Made by a program: the position numbers and the translations under genes. Under the pieces are notes generated by a model. That model was not told the DNA's origin and did no database searches. It was given only the letters and a program-made list of their open reading frames with translations. From Candidatus Krumholzibacteriia bacterium (lineage in GTDB: Bacteria > Krumholzibacteriota > Krumholzibacteriia > WVZY01 > JAKEHA01), in NCBI GenBank assembly GCA_029865265.1, contig JAOUHG010000002.1:98357-162356 (forward strand): 64,000 bases of DNA, read 5' to 3'. Within the stretch, counting starts at the first letter, position 1. Each line of letters opens with the position of its first letter. Below, one piece after another: positions 8,704 through 21,200 of the stretch.

Positions 8704-10032
8704 ATGCAAAGATCCATTGTATCCGCGCGGACACGGCCCACGTTGTTCGTGGTCTTTCTCGCCGCGTTCTCGGCCGTGCTCGTCCTGTCCAACCTGGCGC
8801 TGTACCGACGCGCGCGCGGCCACCTCGACAGCCAGCTGGGCGAACGTCTGCGCGCCATCGCCACCGCGGTGGCCCACGAGGTGGAGGACGCCGGGCCGGA
8901 TTCGCTCACCGCGGGCACCATCGACCCCGTCCTCTACGACCAGTTGCTGATCGCGCGCGACGACCACCAGCTCTCCAACATCGTCATCATCTCCGCCGCC
9001 GGAAACACCGCCATCGACCTGGCCGGTTACAGCGAGCCCGGAGACGAGAACCCCTTCATCCAGCTCGACGTGGCGGCCGTCGCCCTCGCCCGCGCCGGCG
9101 TGGCGGCGTACACAAGCCTGTACCGGACCGGCGACGTGTACCTGAAGAGCGCCTACGCGCCCGTCCACGGCGTGACCGGCACGATCATCGGCGTCGTCGG
9201 CGTGGAGGCTGGCGCGTCGTTCTTTGCACAGCTGCGCGAGCTGCGCGACCTCATCGTGCTCATCTCGCTGGGCAATGCCTCGGTGGTCATCCTGCTGGGG
9301 TTTCTCTTCTACCGCCGCACGCGTTCGCTGGAACGCGCGCGGGAGGCGATGATCGAGACGGACAACCTGGCCACGCTGGGCAGAATGGTGGCGACGATCG
9401 CGCACGAGATTCGCAACCCGTTGAGCATCATCCGGGCCTCGGCACAGCGCGTGCAACGCCGGCACGCCATCGACGATGAAGCGCTCACCTACATCGTCGA
9501 CGAGGTGGACGGGCTGGATCGTGTCCTCACCGGCTATCTCCAGTTTGCGAAGTCGCAACCCGCGGCGTTCGTCCCCCTCGAAGTCGGCCGCATCCTGCGC
9601 CGGGCCCTGCTGGCGGTCGAGAACCAGGCCAAGGCCGGGAATATCGAGGTGGGGGTGCAGGACACCGGCGCTCTGACCCTGCATGGCGATGAACGGCGCG
9701 TGCGCCAGGCGGTGCTGAACGTGCTGTTGAACGCCCTGGAGGTCACCCCGCAGGGCGGACGCATAGGCATTGACGTGGGCCACGATGCCGGGCACGTTAC
9801 TATCAGCGTGAGCGACAGCGGGCCGGGCATCGACCCCGCCATTCTCAAGGACGTCACGCGTCCCTTCTTCACCACCCGGGTCGACGGCAGTGGTCTCGGC
9901 CTGAGCGTGGTGCAGTCGGTGATGGAGGAGCACGGCGGCAGCCTGCGCATCGAGCGGGCGGACTCAGGCGGCGCGCGCATCGTGCTTTCCTTTCCGCGGG
10001 ACCCGGGCGCGGCAACTGCCGCAAAGGAGTAG
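8704..10032 (+). CDS. Sensor histidine kinase with N-terminal TM/periplasmic region, HisKA and HATPase_c
   Basis: H-box IAHEIRNPLSII. N-box LLNALEVTPQGG. G-boxes VSDSGPGI and GSGLGLSVV. N-terminal hydrophobic segment. Confidence 0.8.
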   Translation: MQRSIVSARTRPTLFVVFLAAFSAVLVLSNLALYRRARGHLDSQLGERLRAIATAVAHEVEDAGPDSLTAGTIDPVLYDQLLIARDDHQLSNIVIISAAGNTAIDLAGYSEPGDENPFIQLDVAAVALARAGVAAYTSLYRTGDVYLKSAYAPVHGVTGTIIGVVGVEAGASFFAQLRELRDLIVLISLGNASVVILLGFLFYRRTRSLERAREAMIETDNLATLGRMVATIAHEIRNPLSIIRASAQRVQRRHAIDDEALTYIVDEVDGLDRVLTGYLQFAKSQPAAFVPLEVGRILRRALLAVENQAKAGNIEVGVQDTGALTLHGDERRVRQAVLNVLLNALEVTPQGGRIGIDVGHDAGHVTISVSDSGPGIDPAILKDVTRPFFTTRVDGSGLGLSVVQSVMEEHGGSLRIERADSGGARIVLSFPRDPGAATAAKE

Positions 10033-10040
10033 GCCCCAGC

Positions 10041-11372
<1,332 letters not shown>

Positions 11373-11558
11373 CGGACTGGACCACCCGGTGCACGGGGTG
11401 CCCCTGCGCGGTCACCCGCCGCAGACGGTCCGGGCCACGCCGGCCCGCGGGTTCTTGCAACATATTGCCGCATTTTCACATACGTCACCGGCCGTCCGGG
11501 CGCGCGGCTGGCACCCGGCTTGCGGTATCCGGCCCGGGACACGGTCCCGGAGACGACC

Positions 11559-12839
11559 ATGAAAGCATTTCTCATATTCCTGTCGATCTGCGCCGCATCT
11601 CTGGTGACGGCGCCGGTACCCACCACCGCCCAGGGCAACATGGACTCGGTGCGCGGCTTCATCGAACGCAACGCCGAACTCCTCGGCGTGGCCACCGCCG
11701 TGGTGCAGGAGACCAACAGCATCCGCGCCCGCGGTCTGCTGGAGACCGCGACCACCCTGCACAAGCAGTCGGTGGGTCTGCTCGAGCAGAATTCCAACGC
11801 GCAGGCGGGACGGGTGGCGGTCCGCGCGCGCGAGGTCATTCAGCAGACCATCTCGGTGGCCAAACGCGACGCCCGCATCGAAGAACAGGCCGTGCGCACC
11901 ATGGAGCGCGCCACCACCCGCCTCGAACAGGCACGCATCGTGTTCGAAGAAGACGGGAACGACAAGATCGTCGCGCGCCGCCTCATCCTCGAATCGGCCG
12001 ACAACCTCCGGCGGGCACGCGAGCAGGTGCAGCAGCACATGTTCGAAACGTCGCTGCGCCTGGCCGAATCCTCGCTGGCCCTGTCCAACCGCGCCATCCG
12101 CATGCTACGGCGCGACGGTCTGGGCCCGGACGTGGCCGAAGAGATAGACCGCACGCAGAGCATCATCGAGCGCGCGGGCGAATCGCGCGCGTCGCACGAC
12201 CCGGCGTTGAACCGGTTGCTGGAGCAGGCGAACGAGTTGCAGCGGCGCGCGGTACGCAGCGCGGAGCGTGGCGACGCCGCCATCGCCGTGGAGCAGACCC
12301 GGGGTGCGCGCAACCTGGCCCTGCGCGCCATGCGTGCGGGCGGCGGCGCCGGCGCGTCCGACGAGGAACAGGCGGTGCGCGCGGTGGCACTCACCGACGC
12401 CGTTCTGGAGGGCGCGCGTGACGTGCTGGGTGAGTCCGCTCACGACGGTGCGACGCGCAGGGTGGAAGAAGCTGCACGCCAGCAGGACGACGCACGCCGC
12501 GCCCTCGGCGACGGCGACTACAAGCGCGCCCTTGCCCTGTCCACCAGCGCCCGCGAGGCGGTGCGTGCCGCGCTGCGCGGCATGGACGTGGCGGTGGACC
12601 CCGCGTCCGTCGAATCCGCCCTGGCGCGCACCGACGATGCCATCACAAAACTCGGCGATACCATCGCCGGCAGCGACCGTGCCACCGCGCGTGAGTTCTT
12701 CGAACGCGCGACCTCCCGCCAGCGCGAGGCGCGGGCCGCACTCGGCGACGGTGACCCCCGGCGCGCGCTCGCGCTCACCCGCGTGGCACACAACCTGGCC
12801 CGCAGCGGACTGTCCGCCATGAAAGATGCGGAGAACTGA
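11559..12839 (+). CDS. Secreted alpha-helical repeat protein of unknown function
   Basis: ATG at 11559 gives MKAFLIFLSICAASLVTAPVPTTAQG (signal peptide). Ala/Arg/Glu-rich with repeated ALGDGDxxRALAL segments. No known catalytic motif. Confidence 0.5.
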   Translation: MKAFLIFLSICAASLVTAPVPTTAQGNMDSVRGFIERNAELLGVATAVVQETNSIRARGLLETATTLHKQSVGLLEQNSNAQAGRVAVRAREVIQQTISVAKRDARIEEQAVRTMERATTRLEQARIVFEEDGNDKIVARRLILESADNLRRAREQVQQHMFETSLRLAESSLALSNRAIRMLRRDGLGPDVAEEIDRTQSIIERAGESRASHDPALNRLLEQANELQRRAVRSAERGDAAIAVEQTRGARNLALRAMRAGGGAGASDEEQAVRAVALTDAVLEGARDVLGESAHDGATRRVEEAARQQDDARRALGDGDYKRALALSTSAREAVRAALRGMDVAVDPASVESALARTDDAITKLGDTIAGSDRATAREFFERATSRQREARAALGDGDPRRALALTRVAHNLARSGLSAMKDAEN

Positions 12840-13143
12840 CCTCCTTCGCCCCGTCGCACTGGCCGCCGCCATCACGCTCTCGGCGTGCGCCGGGACGGGA
12901 ACGCCGCCGCGCGCGCCGGAGACGGCGGCGTCCGCGAACGACGCGCCGCTTCAGGACCTGCTGGCCCGCCTCGAGATCCTCATTGCCAACGACGAAGCCC
13001 ACGGATCGCTCCCCGACGCGGTCCTCGCCGAGGCGCGCGCGCTGCGCGTGGAGGCGCTGGCAGCGTTGGCCGCCGGTGACGAGCCGCTTGCGATCGACCT
13101 GCTCACCGCCGCCATCGCGCTGTTCGGGGACGGGCACGGATGA
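12826..13143 (+). CDS. Small lipoprotein, ~105 aa
   Basis: MRRTDLLRPVALAAAITLSACAG lipobox. Overlaps the upstream stop by 14 nt and its own stop overlaps the next start (ATGA), suggesting an operon. The start is uncertain. Confidence 0.4.
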   Translation: MRRTDLLRPVALAAAITLSACAGTGTPPRAPETAASANDAPLQDLLARLEILIANDEAHGSLPDAVLAEARALRVEALAALAAGDEPLAIDLLTAAIALFGDGHG

Positions 13144-14432
13144 GCGCCGGACACCGCCCCGGGATCGGCGCGCTCGCGGGGGCCGCACTCCTGCTCGGGA
13201 TCACGCAACTCTCCTCCCCGGCAACCGCCGCCGGACGTTGGCTGGGCTCGCTGGAACTGGGTTTCGACACCTACACCGAGCGCTATTCCATCTCCGAGGC
13301 CGACACGCTGAGCAGCATCAACGAAGCACGCTCGCGCCTGCGGGTGGCGTGGGTGACCGGCGCGCTGGGCCGCAACTACTCGCTGCTGGAGGGCCGGCAA
13401 TACCTGGGTGAATCCAGCTGGGAAACGGCGGTGCACGGCCTGCTCACCCGCCGCCTGGGCAGCGCCCGGTGGGTGGTGAACCTGGACGGCGAGGTCGCGC
13501 GGCGGGGCTTCCAGGAAGGAGCGGGCTACGAGTTCCCCAACGACTACACCCGCGCCTACGCGCGCGCGGGTCTGCGCGCGCGGGCGGGAACCCACCTGAC
13601 GGTCCGGCTGGACGACCGCGTCGAGAACCTGGATTACGAACGTCGCACCGAGTTCGACTACGACTACACGCGTAACGTTGCCACCGCCATGCTCGACGTG
13701 GGCCGCGACCCCTTCCGTGGCGTATCGGGCGGGATCCGCCTTACCACCATGTCCATCCCGGACAGCACGGAGATCGAGTACCACGCGCTGGGCCCGCTGC
13801 TGGAGGTGCGCATGTTCGGTGCGCCCCACGAGCGGTTGTACGTGAATGTTTCCACGGAAAAGCGCGACTATCCCGACGGCGGCACCCGCAGCTCGTTCTG
13901 GTCGGTGCTGGTCTCCGGGTTGTTCGAGTGGCCGGTGGCGGAGCACTGGAGCATTGAAATGGCGACCGATACCGAGAACTATGACTACGACGTCGCCACC
14001 GGCGCGTACGACGACTACCTGGAGTCGCGCAACTACATGGCCGTAAACTGGTACAGTGGGGGGTTCCGGTTCGGGGCGGGCCCGGCGTTCGGGTGGCTGT
14101 CCAGCACGGACGTGCCGCAGGAGGAGTACCGCGAACTGGGCGTGCGACTGGCCCTGGAGCAGATCGGCGTGAGCGGGCTCTACCTGTGGGCCTCATACGA
14201 ACCCGGCACGCGTGACTACGAGGCGTTCTCCTCCGGCACGGCAACAATCGACGACAGCGAGGTGATCTTCTCGGACTACGTCTACCACCGCGTGAATCTG
14301 TTTGTGAACGCGCGCGTGTACCGCGCGCTGTGGCTCAACGTCCTGTTTGACTGGCAGCCCGAGGACCACGACCGCGATGGCGACGACGCCACCGCGACGG
14401 TGGGCTCGGTATCCCTGATGTACCAGTTCTGA
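13140..14432 (+). CDS. Putative outer-membrane beta-barrel protein
   Basis: N-terminal signal-like segment. Alternating amphipathic strands rich in Tyr/Trp/Gly. Terminal ...VSLMYQF with a C-terminal Phe typical of OMP barrels. Confidence 0.45.
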   Translation: MSAGHRPGIGALAGAALLLGITQLSSPATAAGRWLGSLELGFDTYTERYSISEADTLSSINEARSRLRVAWVTGALGRNYSLLEGRQYLGESSWETAVHGLLTRRLGSARWVVNLDGEVARRGFQEGAGYEFPNDYTRAYARAGLRARAGTHLTVRLDDRVENLDYERRTEFDYDYTRNVATAMLDVGRDPFRGVSGGIRLTTMSIPDSTEIEYHALGPLLEVRMFGAPHERLYVNVSTEKRDYPDGGTRSSFWSVLVSGLFEWPVAEHWSIEMATDTENYDYDVATGAYDDYLESRNYMAVNWYSGGFRFGAGPAFGWLSSTDVPQEEYRELGVRLALEQIGVSGLYLWASYEPGTRDYEAFSSGTATIDDSEVIFSDYVYHRVNLFVNARVYRALWLNVLFDWQPEDHDRDGDDATATVGSVSLMYQF

Positions 14433-15413
14433 TCAGGAAGCGACGAGCTTCTTCATCTCTTCGGTGAGATGCGGAACCACGTCGAAGAGATCACCCACCA
14501 CGCCGTAATCCGCCTTCTGGAAGATGGGCGCGTTCTCGTCCTTGTTGATGGCCACGATCACCTTGGAGGTGCGCATGCCCGCCAGGTGCTGGATGGCGCC
14601 GGAGATGCCCACCGCCACGTAGAGCTTGGGGTTGACCACCTTGCCGGTCTGGCCCACCTGCATGGCGTGCGGCACGTAGCCGGCGTCCACCGCGGCGCGC
14701 GACGCGCCCACCGCGGCTCCCATCACGTCGGCGAGATCCTGCAGGATCTTGAAGTTCTCACCGCTCTTGAGCGAGCGCCCACCGGAGACGATGATCTCGG
14801 CCTCGGTGAGGTCCTTCTTGCCGCCCGAGGTCGCCGCGAATTCCGCCACCCGGCCGTGGATGGAATCGGCGCTCACCCCGGCCGCCACCTCCACGACCTC
14901 GGCGCCGGAAGCGGCCTGGGCGGGTGGGTTCACGTTGGGCCGGATGGACACGAAGCGCACCGGCGCCACCGCCTCCATCTCCGCAATCACCTTGCCCGAG
15001 TACACCGGGCGCAACACGCGCAGCGTTCCGTCGCTGAGCGTCACCCCGGTGCAGTCCGTGAAGAGCGCCGCTTCGCAGCGCGCGGCGGCGCGGGCGGAGA
15101 GATCCTTGCCCATGGCGGTGGCGCCGAAGAGCACCGTGTCCGCGCCGCACTGATCGATGATGGCCTTGAGTGCGGTGGTGTATCCCTCGCTCGAATACGC
15201 CGCAAGTTGCGCGTCGCGGGCCACGAATACCTTGCCCGCCGGAAGCGACTTCGCGTCGTTGACGGCGGCGTCGAGCCCGTCGCCGATGAGCGCGATGCTC
15301 ACCGGACCGCCGCCCGACTGCGACAGCGCGTTGGCCGCGGTCACGATCTCGCGGGCGATGGGCTTGAGCGCGCCGCCACGAATCTCACCGAATACCAGGA
15401 TTCCCTTCGACAT
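14433..15413 (-). CDS. etfA: Electron transfer flavoprotein alpha subunit
   Basis: [14 protein letters not shown]... and the FAD-binding block [16 protein letters not shown]. Confidence 0.85.
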   Translation of the reverse strand: MSKGILVFGEIRGGALKPIAREIVTAANALSQSGGGPVSIALIGDGLDAAVNDAKSLPAGKVFVARDAQLAAYSSEGYTTALKAIIDQCGADTVLFGATAMGKDLSARAAARCEAALFTDCTGVTLSDGTLRVLRPVYSGKVIAEMEAVAPVRFVSIRPNVNPPAQAASGAEVVEVAAGVSADSIHGRVAEFAATSGGKKDLTEAEIIVSGGRSLKSGENFKILQDLADVMGAAVGASRAAVDAGYVPHAMQVGQTGKVVNPKLYVAVGISGAIQHLAGMRTSKVIVAINKDENAPIFQKADYGVVGDLFDVVPHLTEEMKKLVAS

Positions 15414-15433
15414 GTCCTCGTCCTTTCGAGCGG

Positions 15434-16225
15434 CTAGATGACCTTGGCCTCTTCGCGCAGGAGCCGCGCGAGCTCCTTCGCCTGCTGCGCCGCATCCCCG
15501 GGGATCATCTTCACCGGCGGGCGCTCGGGCAGCGCGTGATAGCGAACCAGCTTGCTCTTCGATCCCGCCGCCCCCACCTGTCCGGCATCGAGCTTCACGT
15601 CGGCGAGACCCACCTTGCGGATTTCCTTCTTCTTGGCCTTCATGATGCCGGGCAACGACGCGTAGCGGGGCTCGTTGAGCCCCTTCTCACAGGTCACCGC
15701 GGCGGGGAGGGTGAGTTCCACCACTTCGTCGCCGCCCTCCACACGCCTGCGTGCGCTGGCTTTGTTCCCCTCGATCTTGAGTTCGGTCAGGATGAGCGCC
15801 TGCGGTATGCCGAGCAACTCCGCGATGGCCGGGATGGTCTGGGCGGCATCGTCGTCGATGCCCTGCTTGCCGCCGAGAATGAGATGGGCGCCGAGCGGGC
15901 GGATCACCTCCGCCAGCACGCGGGCGTTGGCGCCGGCGTCGCCGCCTTCGAACGCCGGGTCGCCCACGTGGATCGCGTCGTCCGCGCCCATGGCCAGCGC
16001 GGTGCGCAGCACCTCCTCCACGCGATCGGGGCCCAGCGAGACGGCGACCACGGTGGTATCGTCCTTGAGGCGCTCACGGATGCGGATGGCTTCCTCGACG
16101 GCGTACTCGTCGTAGGGGTTCATGACAAACTTGAGACCCTGGGTCTCGATGCCGGAACCGTCCGCGGTGATCTTGATCTTGGATTCGGTGTCCGGAACGC
16201 TCTTGACGAGCACGACGATCTTCAC
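15434..16225 (-). CDS. etfB: Electron transfer flavoprotein beta subunit
   Basis: MKIVVLVKSVPDTESKIKI... typical EtfB N-terminus, directly upstream of etfA. Confidence 0.85.
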   Translation of the reverse strand: MKIVVLVKSVPDTESKIKITADGSGIETQGLKFVMNPYDEYAVEEAIRIRERLKDDTTVVAVSLGPDRVEEVLRTALAMGADDAIHVGDPAFEGGDAGANARVLAEVIRPLGAHLILGGKQGIDDDAAQTIPAIAELLGIPQALILTELKIEGNKASARRRVEGGDEVVELTLPAAVTCEKGLNEPRYASLPGIMKAKKKEIRKVGLADVKLDAGQVGAAGSKSKLVRYHALPERPPVKMIPGDAAQQAKELARLLREEAKVI

Positions 16226-16259
16226 CTTGAACCTCCTCGGGCGCGGATGGCCCGGCGCG

Positions 16260-17408
16260 CTACTTCAGATTGTGCAGAACGCTGCGGGCGATCACGAGGC
16301 GCTGGATCTCACTGGTGCCCTCGTAGATCTCCGTGATGCGCGCGTCGCGCATGTAGCGTTCCACGGGAAAGTCCTCCAGGTATCCGGCGCCGCCGTGGAT
16401 CTGCACGGCTTCGCGCGCGGCCTGGTTGGCGATCTGGGACGCGAACAGTTTGGCCATGGCCGCTTCCTTGCCGTGCGGCTGCTTCTCGTCCTTGAGGCGG
16501 GCGGCATTGTAGACCAGCAGGCGTGCCGCCTCGATGTGCATCGCCATGTCCGCGATCTTCCACTGCATCGCCTGGAACTTGCCGATCTGCTGACCGAAGG
16601 CCTCGCGCTCTTCGGCGTACTTCACCGACGCGTCGAGACACGCCTGGGCGATACCGACGGCCTGCGCCGCAATACCGATGCGTCCACCGTCCAGCGTGTG
16701 CATGGCGATCTTGAACCCGCCCCCCAGGTCGCCCAGCATGTTGGCGGCGGGCACACGCAGATCCTCGAACACCAGCTGGGTGGTGCTGGAGGCGCGCAGT
16801 CCCAGCTTGTCTTCCTTCTTCCCCACCGAGAACCCCTTGGAGGCGGCTTCGATGACGAAGGCGGAGATACCGCGCGTCTTGTGGGACGGGTCGGTGCGCA
16901 CCATGGCCAGCACCACATCCGCTTCCAGACCAGTGGTGATGAAATTCTTGGTTCCGTTGAGGACGAATTCATTGCCGTCGCGCACCGCGCTGGTCACCAG
17001 CGAAGCGGCATCGCTGCCCGACCCCGGTTCGCTCAGCGCGTACGCGCCGAGAAATTCTCCACTGGCGAGTCTGGGCAGGTAGCGCTTCTTGAGGTCTTCC
17101 GAGGCCCAGTGGACGATGGGCGCGGTCACCAGCGAGCTCTGCACCGACATGGTCACGCCGGTGGACGCGCACGCCCGGTTGACCTCCTCCAACGCCAGCA
17201 CCAGGGCGAAGTTGCCGGCCGCACTGCCGCCGTACACCTCCGGCACCAGCATGCCGAGAAACCCCATGCGGCCCAGTTCCTTGACGATTTCGCGCGGAAA
17301 TCTGGCCTCTCGGTTATGCTTGTCCGCGGCGGGGGCGATGACGGTGTCGGCGAACTCGCGCGCCGTCTGCTGAATCAGGCGCTGCTCTTCGGTCAGCGTA
17401 TACTGCAC
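16260..17408 (-). CDS. Acyl-CoA dehydrogenase (short/medium chain type)
   Basis: MQYTLTEEQRLIQQTAREFA..., ACAD N/M/C domains, YAL..SEPGSGSDA, catalytic base region ...TEIYEGTSEIQRLVIAR. Confidence 0.85.
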   Translation of the reverse strand: MQYTLTEEQRLIQQTAREFADTVIAPAADKHNREARFPREIVKELGRMGFLGMLVPEVYGGSAAGNFALVLALEEVNRACASTGVTMSVQSSLVTAPIVHWASEDLKKRYLPRLASGEFLGAYALSEPGSGSDAASLVTSAVRDGNEFVLNGTKNFITTGLEADVVLAMVRTDPSHKTRGISAFVIEAASKGFSVGKKEDKLGLRASSTTQLVFEDLRVPAANMLGDLGGGFKIAMHTLDGGRIGIAAQAVGIAQACLDASVKYAEEREAFGQQIGKFQAMQWKIADMAMHIEAARLLVYNAARLKDEKQPHGKEAAMAKLFASQIANQAAREAVQIHGGAGYLEDFPVERYMRDARITEIYEGTSEIQRLVIARSVLHNLK

Positions 17409-17561
17409 GATCGCCTCTTCTTCTGAAGGGTCTGCGGGGACGCCGCCGGGGATCCCGGCGGCTTGATATTTCCGTGTATTACGGGGAGCATGCGTCGGAT
17501 TCGACGTCGGCCTGAATCGAACCTACCCCAGCCCGCAACTCGGTGTCAACGCCCTTTTGGA

Positions 17562-17597
17562 CGCGAAAACGCCCGCATCCACAAGGGGTTGCGGGCG
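17562..17597 (-). terminator. Rho-independent terminator after giant gene 1
   Basis: On the minus strand: CGCCCGCA...TGCGGGCG 8-bp stem followed by TTTTCGCG. Lies ~55 nt past the stop at 17653. Confidence 0.5.
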
Positions 17598-17652
17598 ATT
17601 CCGGACTCCCGGATGGGAACGTCTTCCTGCGGCGCGAGGGTCACCCCGCCTT

Positions 17653-18230
17653 CTATTTGACCAGCAGCATCTTGCGCGTGTCGGTGAAACCACCCGCCAC
17701 CATGCGGTAGAAGTAGACGCCGGAACTGACCGGCGCACCCGCGTCGTTGCGCCCATCCCAACGTGACTGGTAGCGGCCCGCGGCCTTGTGCTCGTTGACC
17801 AGCGTGCGCACCCGCGCACCCCGCACGTCGTAGATCACCAGACTCACCGCGTTGCGGATGCCGCCCGGCACCCAGTAGTCGATGCTCGTCACGGGGTTGA
17901 ACGGGTTGGGGTGGTTCTGGCCCAGCTTCGCGATCGTCACCGGTACCAGCACCGCCAGCGTCTCGTTGACCACACCGCCCTCTCCCTCCAGCCGGTAGAC
18001 GTAGCGCGAGCCCATCTCCACGCCCCGGTCCACCACCCGCACCTCACCGTCCATGGACAGGCCCACCGCGCTCGCCACCCGCCGGTACGGGCCAGGCGCA
18101 TCGTCCTTCAGCTCCGCCCGGCTCACGTTGAACAACCCGCCGCTCGCGCTCAGCGGAACCGTCCACACCAGTTCCATGCCCCCGCCCAGCGCCGCGTAGC
18201 GGAACGAGGCACCACCCACCGGGGTGGGAA
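17653..18230 (-). repeat. Copy 1 of a ~580-nt near-identical 3' gene segment shared by the three giant genes
   Basis: Encoded peptide PTPVGGASFRYAALGGGMELVWTVPLSASGGLFNVSRAELKD...VNETLAVLVPVTIAKLGQN.PNPFNPVT...YDVRGARVRTLV is almost invariant in all three proteins. The spurious small ORFs in the track over these regions are also near-identical, which shows nucleotide-level identity. Confidence 0.6.
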
Positions 18231-21200
18231 CCACGAAGCCGTGGGCCCCGTTGTTGTGCGCGTTGGCGTGGAAGCGCGGCCACGGCGCGGTGGCCGGGTT
18301 CCAGCTACCGGAGAAATCCCACACGTAGAGGCTCTTGTCCCAGCCCGCGGCGACGAGATCAATGTCGCCATCCTGATCCACGTCGTTGAGTTCGGGTACG
18401 CCGCGCATCGCGTCGTCGGTCTTGAGCGGGAAGCCGGCGATCAACTGGCCGCTCACGTTCCACGCGTACAGGTACTGGGTCTCGCTGCCGATCACGATGT
18501 CGGGATTCCCGTCCCCGTCGACGTCGGCGATGACCGGCGACGACTCGGTGTAGGTGGTGGTGGTGTACTGCCTGGGCCACCCCGCCAGCACGACACCATT
18601 GCTCTGCGTGCCGTAGATGTTGCCACTGCCGCGCGCCACGAAGATCTCCAGCTTGCCGTCGCCGGTGACATTGCCGATCGCGGGCGACGAGGCGAAGAAG
18701 GGGTTCCAGGGGGCATTGCTGAAGTACTGCGACATCTGCAGCGTCGCATCATGGTTGATCACGAACAGGTTACCGGCCGCCGTGTTGACCACAATTTCGA
18801 GGTCGCCGTTGTTGTCAACGTCACCAATCGCCGGACTTCCCGCCACGTCGGAAGCAAGCGCGTACGGCCACCCCGGGCTCACGGAACCGTCTTCGTTGAA
18901 TACGTAGAGCTGGTCGCCCTGCGAACCCACGATCAGCTCTTCCATGTTGTCGCCATCGATGTCCGCCATGGCTGGCGTGGAATAGTTGAATGTGCAATTG
19001 GGCATGCGGAAGAACACGCCCTGCGTGAGCGGATTGAAGTCGCCGTCGATGAATTCGCTGCCGTCGGCATTCCAGGCGTAGATCACACCCTTCTCGTCCA
19101 CCGCGATCACTTCCAGCAGATTGTCCCCGTCGAGATCGCCCGCCGCCACCCCGGCGCGGACGAAGTTCTCCGCGCTCCGGGGCCAGCCGGGCAGCAGGGC
19201 CCCCTGATGGTTGAACACGTACACCTGCTTGAGGTCGCGCGAGGCTGCGATGACCTCCAGGCCGGGCGCCGCGTCCAGGCGCGCCAGCGCCGCGTGTGCC
19301 ACAAACGATCCCCCGACCGGGGACAGCACGCCCCAGGTCTGGGCGTCGCCGTCTCCGTTGATCACTTCACTCCCGTCGCTGTTGAAGGCGTAAACCTTGT
19401 CGGCGCACACCACGATTTCGAGATCGCCGTCGCCGTCGATATCGCCCACCACCGGCGAGGAACTGGTTTCGGAGCCCAGCGGAAGGGGGAACCCGGAGAC
19501 CTGCTGCGGGTTCGTGCTGCCCGAGGCCACGGCCGACGGCGCGCTCTCGTTGCCGGAGGTATCGATGGTGGTGGCCCTGAAGTAGTACAGGGAATTGGAC
19601 GTCAGTCCCCGGTCGAGAAACACGGTGTGCGACACCGGGTCGACCGTGGACTTCACCCACGGCCCTACCGGCGTCGTGGACCGATAGACGTGGTAGGTTT
19701 CGGCATCACCGCTCACACTCGCCGACCAGAAGACCTGCAGACGGTCCGGCCCCAGACTGGGGTCGATGACCAGCCCCACAGGGGCAACCGGCGGACGCAA
19801 CTCGACGATGTCCTGGTACGAGCGCCCGTAGGTGTCGACGATCTCGACCAGCAGGCGGTGCTCGCTGGCGACACTGGTCTCGATCATCTCGAACCCGGCG
19901 GTGTTCTCCGCCTCGGCCATGGGCGCCACGGCCGCATAGCTGTCGTTAGCGCCGATCAGCGTGAAACCGGCGTCCAGATCGGTGATGGTCGCGGACCCGC
20001 CCGGAAAGGCACCGGTGCCGAAGTTCTTGACCTTGTAGAACAGGTGGAACTGCTCGCCGGCATCGACAATGCCGTCGCCGTTGCCGTTGGCCACGTCATC
20101 GATGCGCAACGTCACCTGGAACAGCCCGGGCTGGTGAACTTCCTTCTTGAATGTGTCACGCCACGCCTCGCCGCCGTCGTTCTTGATGACCAGCGTGAAG
20201 GGCACCGGGTAGGCGTCCGGGTATGCGTCGTCGAAGGTGACGCGCACGCCGCCGCCCGCAACCACCGTTGCCCCGCTGGCGATGACACCCGCCGCGGCCG
20301 TGCTGTCGTCCAGCACGACACCCGGGTCGCTGCTGCGCAGGGTAACGGTGACGTCACCGGTGGACACCGGGCCGGTGTTCTTGAGGGACAGCGCCAGGTC
20401 GACGGTTTCTCCACCCTCGATGACACCGTTGCCGTTACCGGCGGTGCCGCCCGTGTTGTCGTCGTCTACCGTCATGCCCGCAATCTGCACGTATGCTGCC
20501 GCGGCCGTCACGGTGATGGTGCCGTCGTAGCGCCGCTGATTGTGACCGGTAACCACGACGTCGATAGCGCCGGGAGACCGGGCGCGGAACGGCAGCGTGG
20601 CCTGTCCGCTCATGTCCGTGGTGGCCACCGCGTAGTCGTCGCCGCCTTTGGTCAGGCAGACGGTGGCACCCTCCACCGGATTGCCACCACTCATCACCGT
20701 GACCAGGATGTTCTGCTTGCCGGCGGACACGCTGGCGGCGTGGGTCACATCCGTCGTCGCGGGACGGTGCGTCCACATGGGCAGCTCGGGGTCGGCGAGG
20801 AGCGTGTAGATGTAGTGCGTCCACAGGTCGACGTTGTCACCGAGCAGGGCCAGCGGTGTGCGCAGCGCGCGCGAGCGGGCGAAGGTCTCGCCGATGTTCG
20901 TAACCGCCGAATCAAACGCCAGTTTGTAGTACTCGTTCATGTACGCCGACGAGGCGTTCGGGAAGGCGCTCTCGTTGGCGCCCACCACCGACACCGCGCC
21001 CCCGTTGGGATTGCGCAGGAAGTGCTCCGCCAGGCAGTAGTACGTGTACGATGCCCCGGTGCAGTTCAGAAAGTAGAGGCACGATAGACGGTTTCCGTTG
21101 ATGAGCGCGTCCGCATCGGAGTTCACGATGCTGGCGTCGGACACCGACATGTTGAAGCGATAGCCGTGCCCGATATGCACCACGTGGTTGAACCCGGTAT

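Noticed and set aside
17523-17819. Conserved small ORFs (MRGCARWST...) at the 3' ends of all three giant genes
   Set aside because: Their conservation reflects nucleotide identity of the repeated 3' gene segment, not an independent gene. They are out-of-frame overlaps with the real CDS.
17788-21087. 1099-aa plus ORF, and 24624..26858 and 30119..32176 plus ORFs, inside the giant genes
   Set aside because: Antisense frames of the three C25/FG-GAP genes. They are His/Arg/Gly-rich with no signal peptide or motifs.
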